From a bacterium (lineage in GTDB: Bacteria; Bacillota; Clostridia; Christensenellales; Aristaeellaceae), in assembly GCA_029009515.1 (NCBI GenBank), contig JAQXJZ010000109.1, positions 4,066-68,065 of the forward strand: a DNA stretch of 64,000 bases. The letters run 5' to 3'. Positions 45,176 to 53,816 of the stretch are shown in pieces (positions within the stretch are counted from its first letter, which is position 1; every line of letters begins with the position of its first letter). The notes beneath the pieces are model-generated. The model searched no databases. It saw only the letters and a list, made by a program, of their open reading frames with translations, and was not told the DNA's origin. The translations under genes were made by a program, and so were the position numbers.

Positions 45176-48100
45176 GTGAAAACGTATCTATGGCTGGTTC
45201 TTTTTGTGTTGCTTTTTTCTCTTCCGGCCGCACTGGCAGAGGAGGAACAGCCCGTTCTGTATCTTCCCTTTAACGGCACCGCGCAAGACGCCTCGCCCCA
45301 TCATCTGCATGGAAAGACAAACCGTGAAGCCGTCTATACGGAAGGCGTGAACGGTCAGGCCCTGAAGCTGGATGGCAGAACCTATATCGATCTGGCACAT
45401 CCGGGCTGCTGCAGCCGACGCAGCTGACCTTCGCCGCCCGGGTGAAGGCAGACGGCGTGCTGACCGGCGAGCACATGATCACCCGGCAATTACAAGGGAA
45501 CCGGCTGGTATCTGTCCTGCCTGGATAACAACACGCCGCTGAAGCTCTCCGTCGGCCCGTCCTCCGGGCAGCCCATGGAGATCTTCGTCTCCGGCAGCCG
45601 AGCCGCTTTCTTCCCCGCAGACGAATGGGTACACAGCGCCGTGACGTATGACTCCGCCAATGACAGGGATCACAAGTACATCGGCTTCAATTCCCCCCCG
45701 GGTACAACGGCGGCTATGCGCGGCTGACGCTGGACGAACTGGCGATTTACGACGCCGTGCTGGCGCCTGCGGATATCATCGCCTTGTACACCCGCTTCGG
45801 CGCTGAATTGGATGCTGCCGAGGTCGTGATAAGCGACGCCGCAGGACTGACGCTCCCCCTGTTGTCCATCAAGGAGGACATTACCCTGCCTGACACGGGC
45901 ATATCCGGCAGCAGCATCCGTTGGTCGTCCTCCAATGAGGCCGTGATGAGCTCCCAGGGGCAGGTCAGCAGGCCCGCTGCCGGTGAAAACGATGCGCCTG
46001 TCACGCTGACTACTACGATCGAGTTTGGAGGATATAGCATGAAGAAAGCTTTTGATCTGACGGTCGAGGCAATGCCTGCCTTTACCAACCTGAGCAACGT
46101 GTCCATGGGTGACGTGACGCTGCTCAACCCTTACGAGCAGAACGCCTTTACCAAGGAAGTGGCATACCTGAAGTTCCTGGACGCGGACCGCCTGCTGAAG
46201 GGCTACTGCCTCATCGGCGGCGTGGAAAGCAGCGCACAGATCTATGGCGGCTGGGAAAATTCCGCCATCAAGGGGCACACGCTGGGGCACTATCTGTCCG
46301 CGCTGTCCCAGGCCTATGCGACCTGCAACGATGAGGAGCTCAAGGCCATCGCCGACCACATCGTGGAGGTGCTGGCCCAGTGCCAGAACGCGGAGACCGG
46401 CTATCTTTCCGCGATCCCGGAGAGCCACTTCACCCAGATCGAGCAGGGCAACACTGCCGGCACATGGGTACCGTGGTACAATATGCACAAGCTGATGTCC
46501 GGCCTGATCCATGCCTGGGAGCTGACGGGCAATGCGCAGGCGCTGGATGTCGCCTCCCGCCTGGGAGACTGGGTGTATTCCCGTACCTCCAAATGGTCTC
46601 CCGCCACCCAGATCACGGTGCTCAACGTGGAATATGGCGGCATGAACGACGTGCTCTACCAGCTGTACAGCCACACCCGGGCGGAAAATCATCTCTCCGC
46701 TGCCCACAGCTTTGACGAAATGGCGCTCTTCGACGCGCTGTATAACGGCCAGGATGTGCTCAACGGCAAGCACGCCAACACCACCATCCCCAAGATCGTT
46801 GGCGCGTTGCAGCGCTACATGGTGCTGGGCGAGGGGGAGGAATACTACCTGCAGGTCGCCGAGAACTTCTGGGAAATCGTGGTGAACAACCACACCTATA
46901 TCACCGGCGGAAACAGCGAGTGGGAGCACTTCGGCGAGCCGAACATCCTGGAAGCCGAGCGCACCAACTGCAACTGTGAGACCTGCAACACCTACAACAT
47001 GCTCAAGCTGACCCGGGGGCTGTTCAAAGTCACCGGCAGCCGTAAGTATGCTGACTACTACGAGAACACCTACATCAATGCGATCCTGTCCTCTCAGAAC
47101 CCGGAAACCGGCATGACCACCTACTTCCAGCCGATGGCCAGCGGCTATTTCAAGGTATACAGCACGCCCGACCAGCATTTCTGGTGCTGCACTGGCTCCG
47201 GCATGGAGAATTTCTCCAAGCTGGGCGACAGCATCTATTATCAGGACGACAGCAGCCTCTATGTGACCCGATATACCGCCTCCTCCGTCCAGTGGAGGGC
47301 AAAAGGCATGACCGTCACGATGGAAACAGACATCCCCATGACGGATCAGGCAGTGCTGACCATCGCGGCGGACGCGCCGGTCGCGGCAGATATCGTCCTG
47401 CGCGTGCCGGACTGGTGCGCGGGCGAGCCGCTGGTTCAGATCAACGGTGAAGCGGCCGGGGCAGCGGCGGTCAACGGCTTTATCCGCCTGAGCCGCGAGT
47501 GGCATGGCGGCGATATCATCAGCATCACGCTGCCCTCGGAGATCCGGGTCCATCCGCTGCCCGACGATCCCGGCGTGGTCGCCTTCAAGTACGGCCCCGT
47601 TGTGCTCAGCGCCGCTCTGGGGCAGAACAGCATGACCACCAGCGTCACCGGCGTGGATGTCACCGTCCCCTCCGCCGATCCGTCTGCGAGCGAGGTGCTC
47701 CGCATCGCGGAAGGCACCACAGAAGCATGGCTGCAGAACATCGGAGAGCATCTCGTCCGCGATGGCGCGGAGCTGCGCTTCACCCTGCGCGGCACGGATC
47801 GCGACCTGGTCTTTACCCCCCACTATCAGCAGCACCAGAGCCGCTATGCCATCTATGTACGCCTCACCGATGAGACTGCCGCCGATGTCGAAGACACCAC
47901 CCGGTATATCGTGATCGACAGCCTGCCGGTAGCCAACGACCAATATGAATTCTCCCACAACCTGCAGGGCAGCAAGACCGGCACCGGAATGCATATGGGC
48001 CGGAACTACCGCCATGCAGAAGCCAGCGGATTCTTCTCCTACGACATGGCCGTGGAGCAGGGCGTGCAGAACTACCTGTGTGTGAATTACTTCCGCGGCG

Positions 48101-48318
48101 ACGCCGGACGCAGGTTCACCGTGCTGGTCAACGACGTCGTGCTGGCAAGCGTCACGCTGGAAAATGTCACCCCCGGCAAGTTCTACGATGTGTACTATCC
48201 CATCCCGGCATCCCTGACCGAGGGAACAGATCAGGTGACGATCACCTTCAACGCGGATCAGGGAGGCTACGCCGGCGGCATCTTTGAAAAGCTCAGCATT
48301 GTCAAAAGAAAGGATTGA
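45176..48318 (+). pseudogene. Secreted LamG - Ig-like - DUF1680/GH127 beta-L-arabinofuranosidase-like gene, interrupted by three frameshifts
   Basis: Signal peptide plus a LamG_3-like start (VLYLPFNGTAQD...GQALKLDG) in frame 2. The frame switches 2>1 at CCGGG (~45401-45406), 1>2 at CCCGG (~45481-45486) and 2>1 in C7GGG (45693-45702). The remaining 853-aa frame carries ETCNTYNML and FWCCTG (HypBA1-type motifs). Confidence 0.75.
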
Positions 48319-48384
48319 GTTTCTTCTGCCGCATCGCATAGGCAAATATGCGTTAACGGGATAAGTCGTCCCAACGAACTAAAA

Positions 48385-48430
48385 AGAAAGCAGGAGTTCC
48401 GCGACGAGAGCGCAGGCACTCCTGCTTTCT
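48385..48430 (+). terminator. Stem-loop after the GH127 gene
   Basis: 13-bp stem AGAAAGCAGGAGT/ACTCCTGCTTTCT with a 20-nt loop. The U-tail is weak. Confidence 0.5.
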
Positions 48431-48554
48431 GCTGAATGGTTATCATGGTTGGTCGAATCGTGGGCCAGCAAACAAGCGACGCTTGCGAAGTCAATTTGAT
48501 AATCCGAACCTATTTCCAACCAGCAGCAGGTTCGGATTTCTCTTGTGCAGTGGA

Positions 48555-48692
48555 TCAAATGGATAGGAATGAATGCCAGAAGTACTTTCTGTTCTCAAAG
48601 CCTTTCTCGCATGCGATATCATAGAAGGCATTCGCGACGATGGATTCTATCAAAATGGTAATAGCCAGCGCAAGCAGATACAGAAAAAGCAT
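48555..48692 (-). CDS. Hypothetical small hydrophobic protein (45 aa)
   Basis: MLFLYLLALAITILIESIVANAFY... preceded by AGGAGGAAG 8 nt upstream, in a low-GC islet. There is no room for its own promoter after the tRNA terminator, so it is weakly supported. Confidence 0.3.
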   Translation of the reverse strand: MLFLYLLALAITILIESIVANAFYDIACEKGFENRKYFWHSFLSI

Positions 48693-48710
48693 AGTATTTC
48701 TTCCTCCTAT

Positions 48711-48746
48711 ACAAAAAAGAACACCTTGATTTCTCAAGGTGTTCTT
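48711..48746 (-). terminator. Rho-independent terminator of the tRNA pair
   Basis: AAGAACACCTT/AAGGTGTTCTT 11-bp stem (48717-48746) followed on the minus strand by TTTTTTGT. Confidence 0.8.
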
Positions 48747-48748
48747 GA

Positions 48749-48825
48749 TGGTAGCGGCGATCGGATTCGAACCAATGACACTCCGGGTATGAACCGAATG
48801 CTCTAGCCAGCTGAGCTACGCCGCC
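48749..48825 (-). tRNA. tRNA-Met (elongator, anticodon CAT)
   Basis: Reverse complement GGCGGCGTAGCTCAGCTGGCTAGAGCATTCGGTTCATACCCGGAGTGTCATTGGTTCGAATCCGATCGCCGCTACCA folds as a cloverleaf: 7/4/5/5-bp stems, CAT anticodon, encoded CCA. Confidence 0.9.
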
Positions 48826-48829
48826 ATGT

Positions 48830-48906
<77 letters not shown>

Positions 48907-48934
48907 ATGCTGTATCGCTCACGCGACGTTGATT

Positions 48935-48963
48935 ATCTTACATCATCTTCGCGTTTTTGTCAA
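48935..48963 (-). promoter_or_regulatory. Promoter of the tRNA pair
   Basis: Minus strand reads TTGACA, 17 nt, TAAGAT, about 28 nt upstream of the tRNA-fMet 5' end, preceded by an A/T-rich UP-like tract. Confidence 0.6.
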
Positions 48964-49004
48964 CAGCTTTTTCGAATTTTTTTGAAAAAAGTTTTTCGGG
49001 GTGT

Positions 49005-49597
49005 TCACAGCCCCATCTGACGGTGCATTTCCTCTATCCTGCGCACCGCCTCCTGATGCCATGCAAGCATGTCGCATTCCCCTGCTTTCTGCTGCATCTG
49101 CGCATAGATCAGGCAGTCTGCGCTGTCAATGGCAAAGCCGCTCTGCAGGCCGTTTTCCAGCCGATCCGGCCGCACGGCACAGAGCGCCCCAGGGCAAAGA
49201 TCAAATCCTTGCTCACGCGCATACGCCCAAGCTTCACAAGCCCAAGCTCCATCAGGTCCCTTCCGCAGGTCCATACCATGGGCAGCACCTTTTTCTGCGT
49301 CAGCCCGCTCAGCGTGCTGCCGCCGCGCTCGATACACAGCACCGCGCGCCAGCCGCCTTGGGCGGGCATGGCAAACACATCGCCCGCACGTACGCTGCGG
49401 AACGGTTCCTGCGCGATCCGCTCGCGGTACTTTTCTTCTGATGTTTTGCGCTTGCGCGTTTTTTCGCGCGGCACGCGCAAACTGTTCAAAAACTTTTCCA
49501 GCGCTTTCTGCCTTGTTTTCAGATCACGCTCCGTGGCTTCCAGTTCCTTCAGATAGGCAAGATCCGCCCCGTTTTCCACAATGCCCCAATAGCCCAT
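49005..49597 (-). pseudogene. Hypothetical protein gene with an apparent frameshift in a G4/C4 run
   Basis: Two overlapping track ORFs (49109..49660 and 49005..49337). High third-position GC switches from one frame to the other near 49185-49193 (CCCC on the plus strand). Joined product is about 197 aa with no recognised family. Confidence 0.45.
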
Positions 49598-49681
49598 ATT
49601 CATCTCTCCCTGGTACACAGCATAACGCGCCGAACCACTCTTGTAAACAAACTCGCACACTCTTCATTTCCCTGCAATTTG

Positions 49682-49690
49682 TGTTATAAT
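49682..49690 (+). promoter_or_regulatory. Extended -10 promoter element for the CHAP gene
   Basis: TGTTATAAT (TGnTATAAT) 36 nt upstream of the start. The same 13-mer TTTGTGTTATAAT recurs at 50772-50784. Confidence 0.45.
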
Positions 49691-49725
49691 GAACAGGTAC
49701 AATTTGCATGAAGGAGTTTTTCTGC

Positions 49726-50751
49726 ATGAAACTCAGTCTTTTCCACCGCATTGCAGTTCTGCTGATGGCGCTTGTGCTGCTCGTGCCCGCCCTGTCTGTG
49801 GCGGATGAGCAGACCGATGCGCTGTTTGATCTGGCTCTTGCCGATCTGCGCACCCCGGATCAGCTCAGCGATGAAACCGGCTTTTTCGGCTTGCACACCG
49901 GCGACAGCGCCTTTGTGCCCTGTGTGTCGCCCGGCGTGATCCCCTTCGACGAAATCCCCGAAGGCGGACTGCAGCCCACCCAAAGCGGCGTTTTCACCTC
50001 CTCGGATGAAAGCGTGGTCATCGTATCTGCCGACGGCGTGATGACCGGCGTTTCAGCCGGCGAGGCGGAAGTGACCTGCCTGATCGGTGAGGATGAGTAC
50101 ACCTACAACGTCACCGTGGGCGATGACCAGCTGCCGCAGGCCATTAAAAACTACATCTACGTTCTCCAGCGCGAATTCTACACCGTCAAGCGCGCCCGTC
50201 TGCCCCGCTACAACAAGTACGCCAAGTGGTATTACAAGAAGAAGAAGGAAGTGGGCTGGTGCGCCGTGTTCACCGCCGCCTGCGCCAATTCCGCCGGCAT
50301 CCAGCCCCTGGAGCTGCGCGACCTTGACAAACTGGAAACGCCGCCCGATGTGATGTTTGTGCGTCAGGGTGAGGTGGGCCACCAGTACGACGGCTTCAGC
50401 GAGCGCGGCCGCTTTGTGGATGTGCCCAAGCCCGGCTATCTGGTGATCTACGCCGATATGTCCAAGTCCTACCGCACCACCCACATCGCCTCCGTTATCG
50501 ATGTCAAGGAGCTGGGCAGCGGCCTGTATGCCGTCACCACGGTGGAGGGCAACATGTCCAACAGCGTCAAGAGCTATTCCTACATCTATGACAGCACCAA
50601 GGCCAACAACCACATCACCAACAAGAACCGCAACGAGCTGCAGTACAACATGTCCGAACTGCCCGAAAGTGAGCATACCGATCCGCTCATTCAGTACCAG
50701 CTGCATACCGATCACTGGGCCGTTTTCGGTTTCTGCCAGACCTGGCAATAA
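49726..50751 (+). CDS. Secreted Big_2 plus CHAP/NlpC-P60-like cell-wall hydrolase
   Basis: Signal peptide. Big_2-like segment SDESVVIVSADGVMTGVSAGEAEVTC. Cys in VGWCAVF, His in TTHIASVI and the EGN motif are typical of CHAP amidases. Confidence 0.75.
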   Translation: MKLSLFHRIAVLLMALVLLVPALSVADEQTDALFDLALADLRTPDQLSDETGFFGLHTGDSAFVPCVSPGVIPFDEIPEGGLQPTQSGVFTSSDESVVIVSADGVMTGVSAGEAEVTCLIGEDEYTYNVTVGDDQLPQAIKNYIYVLQREFYTVKRARLPRYNKYAKWYYKKKKEVGWCAVFTAACANSAGIQPLELRDLDKLETPPDVMFVRQGEVGHQYDGFSERGRFVDVPKPGYLVIYADMSKSYRTTHIASVIDVKELGSGLYAVTTVEGNMSNSVKSYSYIYDSTKANNHITNKNRNELQYNMSELPESEHTDPLIQYQLHTDHWAVFGFCQTWQ

Positions 50752-50775
50752 AGCTGTTTCTTTTTGATGGTTTTG

Positions 50776-50784
50776 TGTTATAAT
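50776..50784 (+). promoter_or_regulatory. Extended -10 promoter element for rubrerythrin
   Basis: TGTTATAAT 55 nt upstream of the ATG at 50839. Confidence 0.45.
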
Positions 50785-50838
50785 ATCCCCGTCGAAAACG
50801 GAGATTCAATCAAAAAACCAAAATGGAGGAAATCGACC

Positions 50839-51381
50839 ATGAAAGAACTCAAGGGAACCAAGACCGAGGCCAATCTGATGACCGCTTTTGCCGGCGAAAG
50901 CCAGGCCCGCAACAAGTACACCTACTACGCTTCCAAGGCCCGCAAGGACGGCTATGTGCAGATTGCCAAGCTGTTTGAGGAAACCGCCAACAACGAAAAG
51001 GAGCACGCCAAGATCTGGTTCAAGCTGCTGCACGGCGGCGCTGTGCCCAGCACCACCGAAAACCTGCTGGATGCTGCCGAAGGCGAGAACTACGAGTGGA
51101 CCGACATGTACGCCAACATGGCCAAGGACGCCCATGAAGAAGGCTTTGAAGAGATCGCTTTCCTGTTTGAGAAGGTTGGCGCCATCGAAAAGCATCACGA
51201 AGAGCGCTATCGCAAGCTGCTGGCCAACATCGAAGGCGGCCTCGTTTTCAGCCGCGACGGCGACGCCATTTGGGAGTGCTCCAACTGCGGCCACATCGTC
51301 ATCGGCCCCAAGGCCCCTGAAATGTGCCCCGTCTGCGCTCATCCCCAGGCCTACTTCATGCTGCGCCCCACCAACTACTAA
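50839..51381 (+). CDS. rbr: Rubrerythrin
   Basis: Ferritin-like di-iron ExxH motifs ([13 protein letters not shown]) and a C-terminal rubredoxin-like CSNCG...CPVC. Confidence 0.93.
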   Translation: MKELKGTKTEANLMTAFAGESQARNKYTYYASKARKDGYVQIAKLFEETANNEKEHAKIWFKLLHGGAVPSTTENLLDAAEGENYEWTDMYANMAKDAHEEGFEEIAFLFEKVGAIEKHHEERYRKLLANIEGGLVFSRDGDAIWECSNCGHIVIGPKAPEMCPVCAHPQAYFMLRPTNY

Positions 51382-51383
51382 TC

Positions 51384-51439
51384 AGGGATTGAGTCCCTCA
51401 ACCCACTTGCCGAGGCCATTGAATGGCCTCGGTTTTTTT
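51384..51439 (+). repeat. Two-hairpin module of the mosaic family, doubling as the rubrerythrin terminator
   Basis: AGGGAT-tga-GTCCCT (51384-51398). Linker CAACCCACTTG. CCGAGGCCAT-tga-ATGGCCTCGG (51410-51432) followed by T7. Collinear with 17943-17990. Confidence 0.85.
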
Positions 51440-51527
51440 GTATGCGGATTCGGTATTGACGGATGGAGGCTTTCCTGTTAGTATTCATTCTCGGTGTCAT
51501 ATTTACATTCAGAAAGAAGGAAAACCA

Positions 51528-52886
51528 ATGCAGGAGGAACGCTCCAAACTGCTGGGCTCCATGGAAATGAGCCGGCTGGTGGTCAAAGTTTCCGTGCCGA
51601 TTATGATCAGTATGCTGGTGCAGGCGCTGTACAATGTGGTGGACGGCATTTTCGTGGCGCGCTACAGCGCCGAAGCGCTCACCGCCGTGTCGCTGGCCAT
51701 GCCCATTCAGATGCTGATCATCGCCGCCTCCACCGGTCTTGGCGTGGGTATCAACAGCCTTGTCAGCCGCAAGCTGGGCGCCAAACGCGCAGAGGAAGCG
51801 CGCGAGGCCGCCAAAAGCGGCATTTTTCTGCAGATGTGCGCCTTTGCGCTGTTCTTTGTTTTTGGCGCTTTTGCAGCCAAGCCTTTCTTCCGCTTCCTGA
51901 CCCCTTCGGCGCAGCTGCAGGAGCTGGGCGGCACCTATCTGAGCATCGTATGTACGTTCAGCTTCGGCGTGTTTCTGTCCATCAGCTTTGAGCGCCTGAT
52001 GCAGGCCACCGGCAACACCGTGCTTTCCATGGTCACGCAGTTGACCGGCGCGGTGGTCAATATCCTCCTCGACCCCGTTTTGATCTTCGGCATGTTCGGC
52101 CTGCCGGCCATGGGCGTTGCGGGCGCTGCCATCGCCACCATCCTTGGCCAGATCTCCGGCATGACGCTGGGCATCATCCTCAACCAGACGCGCAACAAGG
52201 AGCTCCGCATTTCCTTCCGGGGCTTCCATCCCAATGGCGATCTGCTCAGGAGCATTCTGAGCGTAGGCTTCCCCAGCATCATCATGCAGTCCATCTCCTC
52301 TGTGATGAACGTGGCCATGAACCTCATCCTGATGGCCTACGGCAATGCCGCCGTGAGCGTGCTGGGCGTATACTTCAAGCTGCAGTCCTTCGTGTTCATG
52401 CCGGTGTTTGGCCTGAGCAACGGCCTGGTGGCCATCATCGGCTACAACTACGGCGCCAGGCTGCGCCAGCGCATTTATGAAGCCATCAGGGTGGCTCTCA
52501 AGCTGGCCGGAATCATCATGGGCGTGGGCATGCTGCTTTTCCTGTTCATTCCGCAGGTGCTGCTGGGCCTGTTTGAAACCAACGGCGCCAGCGAGCTGAC
52601 GCAGATTGGCGTGATCGCGCTGCGCATCATCTGCTCCTGCTTCCTGCCCGCTGCCATCGGCATCACCCTCAGCACGGTCTTCCAGGCCGTGGGCAAGGGC
52701 TTCTACAGCCTCGTGATGAGCCTCAGCCGCCAGCTGGGCGTGCTGCTGCCTGCCGCATGGCTGCTGAGCCACTTCTTTGGCCTCAACGCCGTGTGGTGGT
52801 GCTTCCCCATTGCCGAGGTGGCATCGCTGATCATCTGCCTTGCGCTCTATCGCCGTGTGGATCGCACGATGTTCCGAAATCTGTAA
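51528..52886 (+). CDS. MATE-family efflux transporter
   Basis: 452 aa, N-terminal PIMISMLVQALYNVVDGIFVAR typical of MATE, about 12 hydrophobic segments. Confidence 0.9.
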   Translation: MQEERSKLLGSMEMSRLVVKVSVPIMISMLVQALYNVVDGIFVARYSAEALTAVSLAMPIQMLIIAASTGLGVGINSLVSRKLGAKRAEEAREAAKSGIFLQMCAFALFFVFGAFAAKPFFRFLTPSAQLQELGGTYLSIVCTFSFGVFLSISFERLMQATGNTVLSMVTQLTGAVVNILLDPVLIFGMFGLPAMGVAGAAIATILGQISGMTLGIILNQTRNKELRISFRGFHPNGDLLRSILSVGFPSIIMQSISSVMNVAMNLILMAYGNAAVSVLGVYFKLQSFVFMPVFGLSNGLVAIIGYNYGARLRQRIYEAIRVALKLAGIIMGVGMLLFLFIPQVLLGLFETNGASELTQIGVIALRIICSCFLPAAIGITLSTVFQAVGKGFYSLVMSLSRQLGVLLPAAWLLSHFFGLNAVWWCFPIAEVASLIICLALYRRVDRTMFRNL

Positions 52887-52894
52887 TCATCCAA

Positions 52895-52926
52895 AAGGCC
52901 GTGTGCATCAACTTGCACACGGCCTT
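52895..52926. terminator. Bidirectional terminator between the MATE and SDR genes
   Basis: AAGGCCGTGTGCA-tcaact-TGCACACGGCCTT 13-bp stem. Confidence 0.75.
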
Positions 52927-52929
52927 GCT

Positions 52930-53637
52930 TTATTCTTCTTTCAATTCCCAGTTGTAATCGTTGTGATAAATCATCTGCCGCGTCATGCCGCCGTCGATGC
53001 AGATGTTTTCGCCGGTGATGAAACCAGCCTTATCAGAACACAGGAACAGCACCATGTGCGCAATATCCATGGGATGCCCCACGCGCCCTGCCGGATGCTG
53101 CGATGCATCCGCGCCTTCATACACGGTATAGGCCGTGTCAATCCAGCCGGGCGAGATGGAATTGACCCTCACACGCCCAGACAAACTCACCGCCAGCGCA
53201 TGCGTGAGCGCGGCAATGCCGCCCTTGGCCGCGGTGTAGCTCTCCGTGTTGGGCTGACTCATGCGATCACGCGAGGAGGAGATGTTCACGATGCTCGCGC
53301 CCGGCGCAAAGTACGGCAGGAACAGCTGCGTCAGATAATACGGCGCGGTCACGCCCAGGCGCAGCGACTCGTTGAATTCATCATAGCCGCAGCTGTCAAT
53401 GCCCTTGAACAGCGGCGGCGCATTGTTGATGAGACAATCTATATGCCCATGATGTGCAATCACGCTCTGCGCAAAGGCCTCCAGTACGTTTTTCTGCCCG
53501 ATATCGCCCACATAGTGCGGGCCTTCCTGCTTGTCGATCACGCACACCTGTGCGCCCTCAGCGCGGAATGCGTCCGCAATGGCTTTGCCGATGCCCATGG
53601 CGCCGCCGGTGATAACAACTACTTTCTCTTTGAACAC
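52930..53637 (-). CDS. Short-chain dehydrogenase/reductase (classical SDR)
   Basis: TGGAMGIG cofactor motif, NNA, and YTAAK (YxxxK). GTG start 7 nt after AAGGGAG. Confidence 0.9.
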   Translation of the reverse strand: MFKEKVVVITGGAMGIGKAIADAFRAEGAQVCVIDKQEGPHYVGDIGQKNVLEAFAQSVIAHHGHIDCLINNAPPLFKGIDSCGYDEFNESLRLGVTAPYYLTQLFLPYFAPGASIVNISSSRDRMSQPNTESYTAAKGGIAALTHALAVSLSGRVRVNSISPGWIDTAYTVYEGADASQHPAGRVGHPMDIAHMVLFLCSDKAGFITGENICIDGGMTRQMIYHNDYNWELKEE

Positions 53638-53658
53638 GATGTTCTCCCTTCGGTCGAA

Positions 53659-53739
53659 GTGAAGTGCGCCTTCGGCGCGTGAAGTTCGCCTGCGGCGGTG
53701 AAGTGTGCCTGCGGCATGTGAAGTTTCCTGCTGCGCAGG
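53659..53739 (-). repeat. Four phased GTGAAGT-plus-hairpin units (19-20-nt period) in the SDR 5' leader
   Basis: GTGAAGT at 53659, 53679, 53698 and 53718. Each is followed by a small hairpin with a different stem (GCGCC/GGCGC, CGCC/GGCG, TGCC/GGCA, CCTGC/GCAGG). Degenerate copies lie on both flanks. Confidence 0.9.
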
Positions 53740-53816
53740 AAGATTTGGTTAGCTGTGCGGTAACATGCTATCTTTATTGTAGCATCAGCCCACCCATAAA
53801 TCAACCAGCAAGGAAT

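Noticed and set aside
45670-48345. 891-aa minus-strand ORF opposite the LamG-GH127 gene
   Set aside because: Antisense shadow of a frame with clear DUF1680/GH127 motifs. The same reasoning applies to 452..2416(+), 6678..8441(+), 10646..13006(-), 13440..15497(-), 16629..18137(-), 18295..20133(-), 20060..21838(-), 21921..23009(+), 24868..26157(+), 35251..37251(+), 51378..52772(-) and 55096..56688(+).
48749-48825. tRNA-Ile2 (lysidine-modified CAT) instead of elongator tRNA-Met
   Set aside because: The acceptor and D-arm (GGCGGCGTAGCTCAGCTGGCTAGAGC) resemble Firmicute elongator tRNA-Met as I remember it, rather than tRNA-Ile2. This cannot be fully excluded without a classifier such as tRNAscan-SE or TFAM.
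50772-50790. PerR box at the rubrerythrin promoter
   Set aside because: Only one half-site-like TTATAAT is present, and it coincides with the extended -10. The second half of the TTATAATnATTATAA palindrome is absent.
53659-53739. Possible CRISPR array (regular ~20-nt periodicity)
   Set aside because: The units are contiguous 19-20-nt repeats with no unique spacers, far shorter than CRISPR repeat-spacer units, and no cas genes are nearby. It is a tandem hairpin repeat within a 5' leader.
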